This document shows, in pieces, positions 1-12,327 of a stretch of 60,812 nucleotides of DNA; position 1 is the stretch's first letter, and the number at the start of each line of letters is the position of its first letter. The notes below the pieces were generated by a model. It did not search any database. It was given only the letters and a program-made list of their open reading frames with translations, and had not been told where the DNA came from. The stretch lies in the NCBI RefSeq assembly GCF_006345805.1, contig NW_021832388.1, positions 1 to 60,812 of the forward strand, in the 5' to 3' direction. The DNA comes from Octopus sinensis (taxonomy: Eukaryota). A program made the position numbers and the translations under genes.

Positions 1-869
1 TGTGTTCTCTGGTATAATGTCTGGACATTTTGTTTGAGTAAGTGTTTGTGCGTGTGTATGTTGGGTGCGCTTGTGTGTACATATGTGTTTATATGTGTGT
101 GTGTATGTGTGAGTATGTGTGCGCTTGTGAATCGTTTTTCTTTCTCTCTTTTTCATTTTTCATTTTCCTTTCCCCCCCCCCCCCCTTTTTTTTTTCATGT
201 TTTACTTTTTCTTCTTCTTCTATCTCATTATGTCATAAACTATTCAATATATCATAAAATTAATGATCCTTCCGTCCTGATAAAAAGACAGAGTGGAAAA
301 TTATTTATATGGTGTTGCTATAGTTTCGTTAACCAGTGAAAGGAGAAAGAGGAGGGAAAATACACAGGAAAAATTCTCTTCGTGTCCGGTTTTTTTCAAT
401 CAGGTTTTTAACCGAAAGGTCTATAAAACTCGTCACTATTTTTCACATATATTCTTTCTCTCTTTCTCTCGTTCGCTTCCACTACCATAACTAAACTTGC
501 TAGCTCCATTCATGTATCTGTGTGAGGTTGTGTGTCTCTACACAACGCTCTGTCTGGCTATCATCTATCTCGGCAGTCATTATTGTCTAGGTGTGTGACT
601 CGTATCACCGTGTATCTCCATTACTATTTTACACACCATGCATATATATACATACATACCTATCGTCCTATCTAGCTAGCTAGCTACCTTGTTCCCTATA
701 CCTAGATGACTCTTTCTTTCTTTCATTCATTCATTCTTTCTTTCTTTCTTTCTCTCTCTCTATCTCACTCTCTCTCTCTCTCTCTCTCTCTCTGCTAGTT
801 TGTATCTGAATTTCCCTCTCTTCGATACTATTTTCACTCTATCTTTTCCAGCCATTTTCATCTATCTAC

Positions 870-1074
870 TATACATACATGCATGCATATATAAATACGT
901 ACGTAATGTATATATACATACATATATATATATATACATATATATATGTATATATATATATATTGGCCTGCTCGCTTAGCCAGCGGTGTGGCGTCATTCG
1001 AAGGCTAAAACAATGCGAACGCATTGTAACCAGCGATGTGTACCAACATCTGATGGTCTGGTCGGTCACGTGAT

Positions 1075-1129
<55 letters not shown>
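870..1129. repeat. (TA)n/(TATG)n microsatellites flanking a short unique-looking segment
   Basis: Direct reading; pure (AT)n at 1081-1129. Confidence 0.9.
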
Positions 1130-1132
<3 letters not shown>

Positions 1133-1647
1133 GATGGTTTGTACGTACGCCGCAAAAATATATGTATGAAAATATATAAAATGGGACAAGAACGCAAAAC
1201 ATTCAAATAGACGATACGAAAATGGACGGGTCATTCGAAGCCTCTAATCTTCAGTCAAGAACCAGATGATCCTCACAATTTCGGCTGATTAATCTTGAGA
1301 TTGCTCCGATCTGGCCAGCCCCAAGGAAAAACTAAGCTAAAAGCATTGGATTTCTTGGAAAAAGGATCGAATGTATATGAAACAAGGACAGAAAAATGGA
1401 CGATGTTACACGAAAATAAATACAAAAAAAAAAAAAAGTAATACGAGTATAAATACAAAAGACAAAAAACAACAATAATAATAATAATATTAATAATAAT
1501 AATAATAGTAATAATAATAATAACAGGACAAAGACAACGGGCGTCTTTCGACTTTAGACAATTCAAATTAGCTGGCGTGTGAGAGAAATAATGCCTTACG
1601 GCAGACGAAGGAGTGTATATATATATATAATATATATATAATATATA

Positions 1648-1710
<63 letters not shown>

Positions 1711-1820
1711 ATGTATGTATATATACATATGTATATATATATAGGCGATATGTATGTATATATGCATGGTTGTAAATAATATTGGAGATATACAGTGATA
1801 CGAGTCGCACCTAGATACAT

Positions 1821-2200
1821 AGGCGCAGGAGTGGCTATGTGGTAAGTAGCTTGCTTACCAACCACATGATTCCGGTTTCAGTCCCACTGCGTGGCACCTT
1901 GAGCAAGTGTCTTTTACTATAGCCTCGGGCCGACCAAAGCCTTGTGAGCGGATTTGGTAGACGGAAACTGAAACAAGCCCGCCGTATATATGTATATATA
2001 TAAGTATATATGTATGTTTGTGTGTCTGTGTTTGTCCCTCCAACATCACTTGACAACGAATGCTGGTGTGTTTACGTCCCCGTAACTTAGCAGTTCGGCA
2101 ACAGAGAACGATAGAATAAGTCCTGGGGTCGATTTGCTCGACTAAAGGCGGTGCTCCATCATGACCGCATTCAAATGACTGAAACAAGTAAGAGAGCAAA
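1821..2200 (+). mobile_element. SINE-A, full length (tRNA-like head, TA/TG linker, CR1-like tail)
   Basis: Head AGGCGCAGGAGTGGCT.TGTGG (A-box-like) and GGTTTCAGTCCC (B-box-like); tail ...CAAATGACTGAAACAAG; more than 15 related copies in the window. Confidence 0.9.
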
Positions 2201-2204
2201 AGAT

Positions 2205-2279
2205 ATATATATATATACATATGCATATATATATTCATACATTCATACATATGTGAGCGAGTATGCATATATAAATATG

Positions 2280-2323
<44 letters not shown>

Positions 2324-2515
2324 TAGATAGATAGATACATACATACATACATACATACATACACATACATGATGCATGCATGCATGCATGTATGTATGTA
2401 TGTATGTATGTATGATGTATGTATGTATGTATGTACTTACGTACGTACGTATGTTGTATGTATGTATGTATGTATGTATGTATGTATGTATGATGTATGT
2501 ATGTATGTATGTATG
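2205..2515. repeat. Compound (GATA)/(GACA)/(CATA)/(TATG) microsatellite
   Basis: Direct reading. Confidence 0.9.
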
Positions 2516-2690
2516 CGAAGTCGCACCAAGAAGTAATCAATCTTTTTTTTTTAAGAAGATAAAAGTAAAATTACCGCTTTTTGGTTTTCCCTAGTCTTCG
2601 AATGCCTCCTGGAATGTGTTTTGATGGACGGAGTTCAGTTCTCAAAGCAGATTTCAACTTTGGGGATGAAAAAATGTCCGCAAGTGCAAC
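2516..2690 (-). mobile_element. Degenerate mariner-like transposase C-terminus and possible TIR
   Basis: Minus strand gives PKLKSAL and, in another frame, NTFQEAFED*, resembling mariner C-terminal motifs; TIR-like end near 2516-2545. Confidence 0.35.
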
Positions 2691-3158
2691 GTTCACTTCA
2701 AGTTTTTGCTGTATGTATGCGTAGAAATTTGTTTATTCGTAAATTTTATCTTTCTTTGCAAAGTATGTGTGCTTCTGTGTAAATAACCATCGCTCAGATT
2801 TCTTCATTAAAAAAAAACTCTGATTTCATCAAAGAAAACTTGTGTGCACATATTTTATTTATTTATTTTCTTTTTCTTGCTGTTTTTGTTTTTGTTTTTT
2901 TATGATCCTTTCAAAGTCATTAAATGTGTGCACGCGCTCGAGCGCGCAGTTTACAGGGAACGTTTGCGAAGGGAGCAAATTCAGAAATTAAAGAGACTGC
3001 GCGATGGAAGTCATCTCGTGAGGTGCTCAATCATCACGGATAAATAAGCAGGTGCGATGTCCTGAGGTAGCATCTAGGTTTTGTTTTGACCATGCCTCGG
3101 CCCTCTTACTTCAACACTCATTCTCAAAAGCCTCAAGGCAGCCAAGTAAAACTCTATA

Positions 3159-3714
3159 AACAAGAGCACTCAGAGAGCGCAAACCTCTGCCAAGGCGACA
3201 CCAACAGTAATGTTCTTTTATCTTTTATTTTGTTTTTCTGAAATTTTGCCTCGTTTTTTTTATATATATACGAAAGGCAGCAAAAGACAGGAATGCGATT
3301 TGAAAGAATGTCACTGCTATTTCTGAAAGATCAGGTGAATGCACAGAGGTACTAATTTGGCTCGTAAAATCTTAAAGACAAGCCATTGACCGGAGATAAT
3401 TTTTAAAATGAGAATATCTGAAATAAACTCGACTGCTCTCACAAACGAGAATACTAAAATTGAACCCGACCGCTCTCAAAAACTAGGTAAAAAAAATATT
3501 TTAAAAAAAGGAAAAATAATCCAGAATCTTTGTCCTGTACTATATCGATCCCAAAATCTAATCAATTCGTGTCAGTCACGAGGCCAAATATCCCTGAAAG
3601 TTTCATCCGAATCCATCAAGCGGTTCTTGAGATATTTTGTCCACGAACAAACAAGCAATCAAACAAACACGACTGAAAACAATACCTCCGCCTTAGCAAA
3701 AACGGAGGTAATAA
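3159..3714 (+). mobile_element. Putative Helitron/Helentron-type non-autonomous element
   Basis: 5' ACAAGAGCACTCAGAGAGCGCAAACCTCTGCC; 3' hairpin ACCTCCG(3684-3690)/CGGAGGT(3703-3709) just before the end; the ACCTCYGCC motif occurs at both ends. Confidence 0.45.
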
Positions 3715-4039
3715 TCTGGCCACGATAACCATCCCCTTCACTTTGGAGCAATTTTGACAAGATATTTCGGTTGCAGCGACGATAACCTAAGTCACTGTGG
3801 TGAATACCATTTGACTCGACTTTTAAGTCGTACATTAACGTTTCGTTCCGTTATAACACTTTTCAGAAAGAATTCGTCGACTTTCGAACGATTAAACAAC
3901 CTTTGGTTTTGGTTTGTATCTCTTCTGGTTCATCTGTTAGCAGAGAAGGCACAAATTCTACAACAACATGGTACATCTTCGATTTTTCGTTTAAAACGAT
4001 GTAGCGCCGAGTTAGATCGCCGAGTCAGATCGCCATGTT

Positions 4040-4260
4040 GATTCGCTAGCCTCTGCACGCATTTTTTTTCTCTCCTTCTTTCTGTGTTTCTTCTCTGTGT
4101 ATCTTTCTGTTGAAGAGCGTAGGCTCGAAACGTTAAAGACTTGTTTTATTTATATTCCTGAGCGCCATACTAATACAATTGTTTGTTTGTATTCCACCTG
4201 CCTTCGTCTTTTGTTTATTTCCGTAAACCTGCCTTCGTCTTTTGTCTATTTTCATAAAGC
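4040..4260 (+). mobile_element. Penelope pLTR-like repeat with hammerhead-like motif
   Basis: CTGTTGAAGAGCGTAGGCTCGAAACGT; homologous copy at 40870-41010. Confidence 0.5.
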
Positions 4261-4669
4261 TTCCCGTTACACGGATAACTACTTCGGAAATTTCACGGAC
4301 AATGCGACAGCGATTTTCATGGATCCCAGTACGTACTCTCACAATGTGGTCATCGTTTGTTGCCGAAGAAGTTCATCTCAGGATATTGTGCACGGTTCAA
4401 GCAGTTATCCCAATAGGCTTGTTGCTGAAAAGTCAGCTCAGTAAAAGCATTTCTCAAATATATTGCCGCCTTTCTCAACGGCATGTTCTTAATCCTTATG
4501 ATTGTCTAACACAACCTCCCATTTAAGCACATTTATTACTAGATCAATTTTCGGTGTTTTATGTTGTGCTTGTAATATTTTTGCGATTATTTTGCGGACA
4601 CTTTCATCGCATACCAATATACATACGCTACAGTGTTACCCATCATATGACGGGTATCTTTAGAAGTGT

Positions 4670-4885
4670 ACGTATGCCGCCGTGGGGCGAAATGCTTGGC
4701 AGTATTTCGTCTGTCGCTACGTTCTGAGTTCAAATTCCGCCGAGGTCGACTTTGCCTTTCATCCTTTCGGGGTCGATAAATTAAGTACCAGTTACACACT
4801 GGGGTCGATGTAACTGACTTAATCCCTTAGTCTTTCTTTGTTTGTCCCCTCTATGTTTAGCCCCTTGTGGGCGATAAAGAAATAT
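4670..4885 (+). mobile_element. SINE-B
   Basis: B-box-like GAGTTCAAATTCC, core GACTTTGCCTTTCATCCTTTCGGGGTCGATAAATTAAGTACC, tail CCCCTTGTGGG..TAAAGAAAT; about 10 copies in the window. Confidence 0.85.
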
Positions 4886-4989
4886 ATTCGTATAAGGCAT
4901 ACATACAATAATTATTTAATTTTCATCAAATTACTTGATGTTTATACAAAATGGTGAAATCCAAACTAATTTTTAAAAGAAAAATATTT

Positions 4990-5790
4990 AGGTGCAGGAG
5001 TGGCTGTGTGGTAAGTAGCTTGCTTACCAACCACATGGTTCTGAGTTCAGTCCCACTACGTGGCACCTTGGGCAAGTGTCTTCTGCTATAACCTCGGGCC
5101 GACCAAAGCCTTGTGGGTGGATTTGGTACACGGAAACTGAAAGAAGCCCGTCGTATATATGCATATATATATATATATATATATTTGTAAAAAATGAAGT
5201 TCGAAAATGCTGCTGTATTATACAATTTTTAATTTATATATATACATTATAACATGTTTCAGTTCCTGAAATGAACTTTATCAAAAAAGTTATATATAAA
5301 AAAGACAGCTCATGCCGTCAAACACAAGAAATTCATTTATAATACACAACGGAGTCAGACATCTTAGAGTTCATGTATAGTTGATATATATTTCATGTAT
5401 AGTTGATATATAGTTTGAAGTATATGTTCAAAGTGTTCGATGCAGTGGCCCACGGTGGCGATACATATTCAATACAAAAAACAGATCAAAGTGGTGGAAA
5501 GCGGTCAATACAGAAGATTGATGTTTCCGAAAGAGCGATGTTTACCTTAAGCAATTGTGATGACCCATATAATGTACATGTGTGTATATATTTGTGTGTC
5601 TGTCCCCCCAACATTGCTTGACAACCGATGCCGGTGTGTTTACGTCCCCGTAACTTAGCGGTTCGGCAAAAGAGACCGATAGAATAAGTGCTAGGCTTAC
5701 AAAGAGTAAGTCCTGGGGGTCGATTTGCTCGACTAAAGGCGGTGCTCCAGCATGGCCGCAGTCAAATGACTGAAACAAGTAAAAGAGTAA
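4990..5790 (+). mobile_element. SINE-A head (4990-5185) and tail (5580-5790) separated by about 400 bp of AT-rich DNA
   Basis: Both halves match other SINE-A copies in the same orientation. Confidence 0.75.
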
Positions 5791-5990
5791 ATAGTATTAT
5801 CTGAAAATACTTAGCTTAAAATAAAGTTAAATAAAACAAATGTTTCCTTTGTATAACTTCCATCTTTTACTCCTTCTCCTTCTTCTCCTCTTCCTCCTAT
5901 TCTGGTTTTAGGCATCTTTCCACTCGTCTTGCACCGCTTATATTAATTCTTTCTTCATCCCTCCTCTCTTTCTCTCTTTCTTTATACGAC

Positions 5991-6395
5991 ATTTATTTAT
6001 TTATTTATTTATCTAGTTTCAGCTCACGAGCTGTGGCCATGCTGGGGCACCGCCATTTGGTTGGTGTTGCTACATGATTTTACTTCACGAATGCTTTTTA
6101 GCAATTGCCATTTGGTGCATGGGAGAGTTCGATGCAGCTGCCCTTATCCGCACCTCCTGCCTTGAAGTTGGTTCATCTGGGATACCTGACAAGAAGAGAT
6201 CCAGTTTCATTTTAAAGACATCTGCATCCACCCCATGCAGGTCTCTTAGGTTCTTCGGGAGGATATTGAAGACCTGTGGGCCTCGGAAGCCCAGACTATC
6301 ACAGTATCTTGTCCTACATCTTGATGGCAAATTTGGAGTCCTTGGCACTATGCAGTGGCGCCCAGTTCTGGCATTTGTGTAACTCTCGATGCCAC
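5991..6395 (-). mobile_element. CR1-clade LINE 3' end with (TAAA)n tail
   Basis: ORF-track peptide GRHCIVP...SLGFRGPQVFNILPKNLRDL...FKMKLDLFLSGIPDEP...NSPMHQ resembles a CR1-group ORF2 C-terminus; short 3' UTR and (ATTT)n on the + strand. Confidence 0.8.
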
Positions 6396-6702
6396 ATGTA
6401 TATAAAATGTGGCAGGAGAAATCAATCAACCAACCAACCAACCAACCAACCAACCAATCAAAATTTACATCGGCTATTATCGTGCAGGGGTTGTCTCTGG
6501 GTTAGCGAGCGACTCTTTCTCCATTGATGACAAATTTAATAATAAAATCAGAAAACACATTAACACATCCATCCATCCATGCATTAATACATACATGGAC
6601 ACATATCCACGTGCATTGACGCATACCTGCATACATTCAAGTTTTATTTGTGTGTGTGTTTGTTTGTCTGTGAGTGTGTTTGTATGCGTGTATATGTATA
6701 AC

Positions 6703-6764
<62 letters not shown>

Positions 6765-7085
6765 TATATTTTGTGTGTGTGTATATATACTTACATACAC
6801 ACGCTTATATGCAGGAGCATGCAGATATACATACAATCATACACATATACATGCGCCAAAACATGCATATAGAACATGCATACAAAAGTACATACACTCA
6901 TACATGTATACATGCACACATGTATAATATATATATACGAATGCGCTCTTACACACACTTGCATGCATATGGTTTATTTCAAGTTCCGCGCGCTAAATTA
7001 TTTCACTTTATTATTCTATTAAAACGTACCAGATGCTGAGGAAGCATTTTATACATCATAAATATTAATCAAGAAATGGCAACTG

Positions 7086-7127
<42 letters not shown>

Positions 7128-7394
7128 GCATGCATTCGTAAACGTATATGTGCTTGCATAAATGCATACATTCAGATATACATTCATACATGCATATGTG
7201 TATGCATAAAAGTGTACATGCGATGTGTGTGTCCTGTATGTATGTATGTGTATATATATATATATATATATACATTCAATTTATTTTATTTCCTATCGTT
7301 TCATGTTGTTAGCAAGGTAGGTGGTTGCTCCTGGCCTTTCTGTTATTCATCCATTCATGACATGATTAAAATTAACATGTTCGCAATAACAAGA

Positions 7395-7565
7395 CAAATA
7401 ATAATAATAATAATAATATAATAATAAAATAATAATAAAACAATAATAATAATAATAATAATAAAATAATAATATAATAATAATAATAATCACAATAATA
7501 ATAATATAATAATAACAACAACAACAACAATAATAATAATAGTAATAATAATAACAACAACAGCA

Positions 7566-7621
<56 letters not shown>

Positions 7622-7628
7622 TTTGATT

Positions 7629-7678
<50 letters not shown>

Positions 7679-7719
7679 AATGATGATGATGTCGGTGGTG
7701 GTGGTGTGATGATGATGAT

Positions 7720-7759
<40 letters not shown>

Positions 7760-7890
7760 TAATAATAATATAACAACAACAATAATAATAATAATAACAA
7801 CAACAACAACAACAACAACAACAATAATAATAATAATAATAATAATAACAACAACAACAATAGTAATAATAATAACAACAACAAATAACT
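7395..7890. repeat. Compound (AAT)/(AAC)/(GAT) trinucleotide tract
   Basis: Direct reading. Confidence 0.9.
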
Positions 7891-8454
7891 CTTCAATAAT
7901 TAATGAAATGAAAGCAAATTTATATTCAGTTAGTATTCCATTTGCTCATAAACATTATTTATATTTATTTACTTAGTACAATTATTATTATTATTATTAT
8001 TGCAGTTACTGTAGTTGCGTGAGGATTTATGCAGTCGCTCGATTTGCTAGAAATAGCAGCCACATACTCCTTAAATCACTTCTTTTCTTCTTTAAAAAAA
8101 AATTAATTAAAAGAACATATTAGATTATGAAAACGAGTTGGCAGGGTTGTTAGAGCGGCAGAAAGAATATTTTACTGTATTTGTTCTGAGTTCAAATCTC
8201 ACTGAGATCAGCTTTCCCACCTGACCTTTTCGAAATTGTGGCAGTAATAGTAGCAGTAATATAGAGGTATTCTCTGGCACTTCCCTACTCCGAACAGATT
8301 GCGCTTTTGTACCACTCAGATGACAACCCTCCAACCCATGGATCTGTTTGGAGAGTCGTTAGTGCAAATCCTACCTCGACCCTTTTTTTTTTGTACGACA
8401 CTTGGAAGAAACGTTGGATCTATTCTTTGACGTGTTGGTCCCCCACACATAATT

Positions 8455-8560
8455 AGAGCAACGTGAAATGAAGTGCTTTGTTCAAGAACACAACACGACA
8501 CCCGGTCCAGGAATCGATCGCGACTGCAACACTCCACACGCTTGGCCACGCATCTTCACA
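8455..8560 (-). mobile_element. Degenerate SINE-F head
   Basis: Reverse complement CGATTCCTGGACCGGG..TGTTGTGTTCTTGAACAAAGCACTTCATTTCACGTTGCTC matches 36035-36150. Confidence 0.6.
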
Positions 8561-8744
8561 CATTTGGAACTGCAGGAACGATGTACTGGCTGAGACAATA
8601 TGAACTTTCTTTTCACAAATATTTCGCCAATTATACAATCTCTGATGATTTGTGGATGTAAGCTGAAACCATGAATAACGGATGCATTAATTAATGAAAT
8701 ACGTGTAAGCATGCATTTAATAAATGCAAAGCACACCATCAATC

Positions 8745-8790
<46 letters not shown>

Positions 8791-8821
8791 TATATATAAT
8801 ACTATATATATATATATATAC

Positions 8822-8905
<84 letters not shown>

Positions 8906-8956
8906 TTTGTGTTTAGTTTATCGATGAATAACTACAAAAGAATATACATATATATC

Positions 8957-9115
8957 ACGGGCTTCTTTTAGTTTCCGTCTACCAAATCCTCTCACAAGGC
9001 TTTGGTCGGCCCGAAGATATAGTAGAAAACACTTGCCTAAGGTGCCATGCAGTGGCACTGAACCCAGGACCATGTCGTTGGGAAGAAAGCTTCTTACCAC
9101 ACAGCCACGCCTGGA
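8957..9115 (-). mobile_element. SINE-A head adjoining (TA)n at 8770-8900
   Basis: Similarity to other SINE-A heads. Confidence 0.8.
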
Positions 9116-9286
9116 CCTTATGGCCAATTAATAACGGACGCTTATATCCAATTAAATATAAATTATTTGAAGCTACAACATTTTAAATTATTAATTATCT
9201 GGAGTTAAAGCGTTAAGTCTTTCCGTGAAAAATTAACGTGAAAAGTCGGTTTCTGCCGCACAAATTTTATTAAATGTACGTTATTT

Positions 9287-9512
9287 TATTTCTTTATTGC
9301 TCACAAAGGGCTAAACATAGAGGGAACAAACAAGGACAGACAAACGGATTGAATCGATTACATCGACCCCAGTGTGTAACTGGTACTTAATTTATCGACC
9401 CCGAAAGGATGAAAAGCAAAGTTGACCTCGGTGGAATTTGAACTCAGAACGTAACGGCAGACGAAATGCCGCTAAGCATTTCGCCCGGCGTACTAACGTT
9501 TCTGCCAGCTTA
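9287..9512 (-). mobile_element. SINE-B
   Basis: Full family-B head, core and tail. Confidence 0.9.
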
Positions 9513-10035
9513 CCCAACAGCACGCCTTCCGCAGCAGAAAATTCTCTTTTAAGGACTGTGTTTCTCACCAGGTGGAATAAATACGCTGTAAATTCCGGTG
9601 GCCAACAATATCGGGCAAACAATCATTTACGTAAAGTATACTAGCCATCTCAATATGGCTAACCCCAGGAGATCATCGTCTCCAGCTGGCTTTAGGCACA
9701 CTTTCTGTGCTCTTATGGTATTTGCAAAAGGAGGTCATCCCTCTCACGTCAACCTAAGAGATACGCACGGACTGCAGTTTCTAGGTATTTGCCTGTCTTC
9801 GGCGTACGGCAATCACCGGTTTTCGATTCATTTATGGTTGGATATAAAACTGCCCGGAACGCACGAAATTATCGAATATCAAATACATTTATATCCAACC
9901 GGACGAAACTACTTCTGAGGGTTACGAACATGGAATTAACAGCGTAGGGGTATACACACATCTTTTGAGATTAATTATGACGTGTCCTCTGAAAGGAACC
10001 TCGCAAATTTTCACCAAAATGCTCAACAAATGTGT

Positions 10036-10406
10036 GGAAGCACTCCGTCGGTTACGACGATGAGGGTTCCGGTTGATCCGAATCAACGGAACAGCCTGCT
10101 CGTGAAATTAACGTGTAAGTGGCTGAGCACTCCACAGACACATGCGCCCTTAACGTAGTTCTCGGGGATATTCAGCGTGACACAGAGAGTGACAAGGCCG
10201 GCCCCTTGAAATACAGGTACAACAGAAACAGGAAGTAAGAGTGAGAGAAAGTTGTGGTGAAAGAGTACTGCAGGGATCACCACCATCCTGGTGGAGCTTT
10301 AGGTGTTTTCGCTCAATAAACACTCACAACGCCCGGTCTGGGAATCGAAACCGCGATCCTATGACCGCGAGTCCGCTGCCCTAACCACTGGGCCATTGCG
10401 CCTCCA
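10036..10406 (-). mobile_element. SINE-C, full length, 14-bp TSD
   Basis: tRNA-like head (TGGCCCAGTGG; GGTTTCGATTCCC); TSD CTCAACAAATGTGT at 10022-10035 and 10407-10420. Confidence 0.92.
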
Positions 10407-10729
10407 CTCAACAAATGTGTAAGCATATTATGAATCGGGTGGGGCAAATACATTAAGTTCCTATAGTGAAACACTAAACGGAAAATGTCAAATTCTGATA
10501 ATATGTCAAAGTAAATAATTATAATCACAACTCGTAGTAAGTCTTAAACACGCGCGCACACATTCTCTCTCTTTCTCTTTCTCCCTCTCTCCCTCTTTCT
10601 CTCTCTCCCTCTCTCTCTCTTTCTCTTTCTCTCTCCCACATACACACACACAAATTCTCACATACATATAGACACATACATACACAAACATGTACGCATA
10701 CACGTGTAGAGAGGGAGAAATAGGTAGCG

Positions 10730-10761
<32 letters not shown>

Positions 10762-10825
10762 GGAGAGACAGACAGACAGGTAAGTAGGAAAGTAGGTAGG
10801 TAGGTAGGTAGGTAGGTAGGTAGAC

Positions 10826-10907
<82 letters not shown>

Positions 10908-10911
<4 letters not shown>

Positions 10912-11250
10912 GTTTCTTTATTGGCCACACAAGGCTGCACACAGATGGAACAAATTACAAGGTAGAGCTTTTCTTTTGGGGGATGAGAAAAAAAAGTGTC
11001 GTAGGTTTTCGATAAAAAGGAATCGTAAAAGGGAAAAAAGAAAAAAGAAAAAAAGGAAAAGAAACAAAAGAAAAGAAAAAGAAAAAAAGAAGAAAAAAGA
11101 GGAAAAAAGGGGGAAGAGGAAAAAAAACGATCAATAGGGATCATGTATCACAGTGTCATGATGTACGATGTAAAGGGGGAAGCAGATAAGGTTTATCCGT
11201 GGGAAGAAAAGCCTACGAAAAAGACCACGGTAACCTCGGTCAATATTGTT
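10908..11250 (-). mobile_element. Unclassified retroposon 3' end (family G) with (TATC)n tail
   Basis: GTTTCTTTATT.GCCACACA.GGCTGCACACAGA recurs at 34634-34770 and 57034-57066, always next to GATA/GGTA repeats. Confidence 0.6.
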
Positions 11251-12327
11251 ATGTGTTACCACATTTGTTTAGATAGATAGATAGATAGATAGATAGACAG
11301 ATAGAGAGATAGATAGATAGATAGATAGATGGACAGACAGACAGACGGACAGACAAACAGACAGACTGGTATGTAGGTAGGTAGGTAGGTAGGTAGGTAG
11401 GTAGGTAGGTAGATAGGTAGATAGGTAGGTAGGTAGATAGACAGACAGAAAGACAGACAGACAGACAGACAGGGAGATGTTCAAATAGATTTATTGTTCA
11501 ACAATGTTAGCTTATTAATAAATAAACTTCAAAAGTTTATCAGCAAAAGAAAGAAAAAAAAAGAACCTGCTAAAACTTCTCACAAATTAAGATATATGAC
11601 TTGACTTGAAACTCGTTATTAAAGAATAATAATAATAAATAAAAATAAAAAAAAAGACGTTGTTTTAAAAAGATAACCAACAACATTTGTGTTGGAAGCT
11701 TAATTGTAAAGAAGAAAGTAAAAAGAAGAAACTACATGGAGGAGAAGAAGAAGAAAAAAAATAGACGAGATAAGAGTCTTTCAGCTCAATAAAGTTAAAT
11801 TGCTTTAAAAGCAATTTTAGACTTTTCCTCCTTGCCGCCTGTTTCCAGTTTACACGCTTAATGATCCATCAATTAAATATGCTAATACCCACTTACCTAT
11901 TGGTTTTATTTGATTTTTATTTTATTTATTTAGTTATTTATATATCTATTTTTATTTATATATATTTATTTTTTTTAATATTTATTTAATTATTTGTTTA
12001 TTTATTTATTTTTGAGATGGTGCCTTCTTATTATTTAATTTCTAAATATTTCTGTTTTTGTTTTTTTTTTCCAAACCAGCAAATATATTTCATTATATTT
12101 GCTGCGCTAAAAACAATTATTCATCTTTGTTAGAGCCAATTATATTTACTAAATAATTTGTATTCAATCAATTCACATGCTAGATAACGACTATACTTCG
12201 CTGATGAAGCTAGCAAGTGGTGAACAATTTTCTTGACTCGATAGAGTTTGGTGTTAGACAAAATCTCTTGTTGAATAAACTACGATTCTCTGGTTGCTAG
12301 GCTTTACTCATCACCCGGTTTAATACC

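Noticed and set aside
1140-1440. Possible ribozyme in the repeat-like segment (CTGAAGA...GAAT on the minus strand)
   Set aside because: GAAA core is absent and stems are not supported.
4097-4526. Overlapping 95-115-aa ORFs
   Set aside because: They start within a repeat, have no recognisable domain, and their length is compatible with chance.
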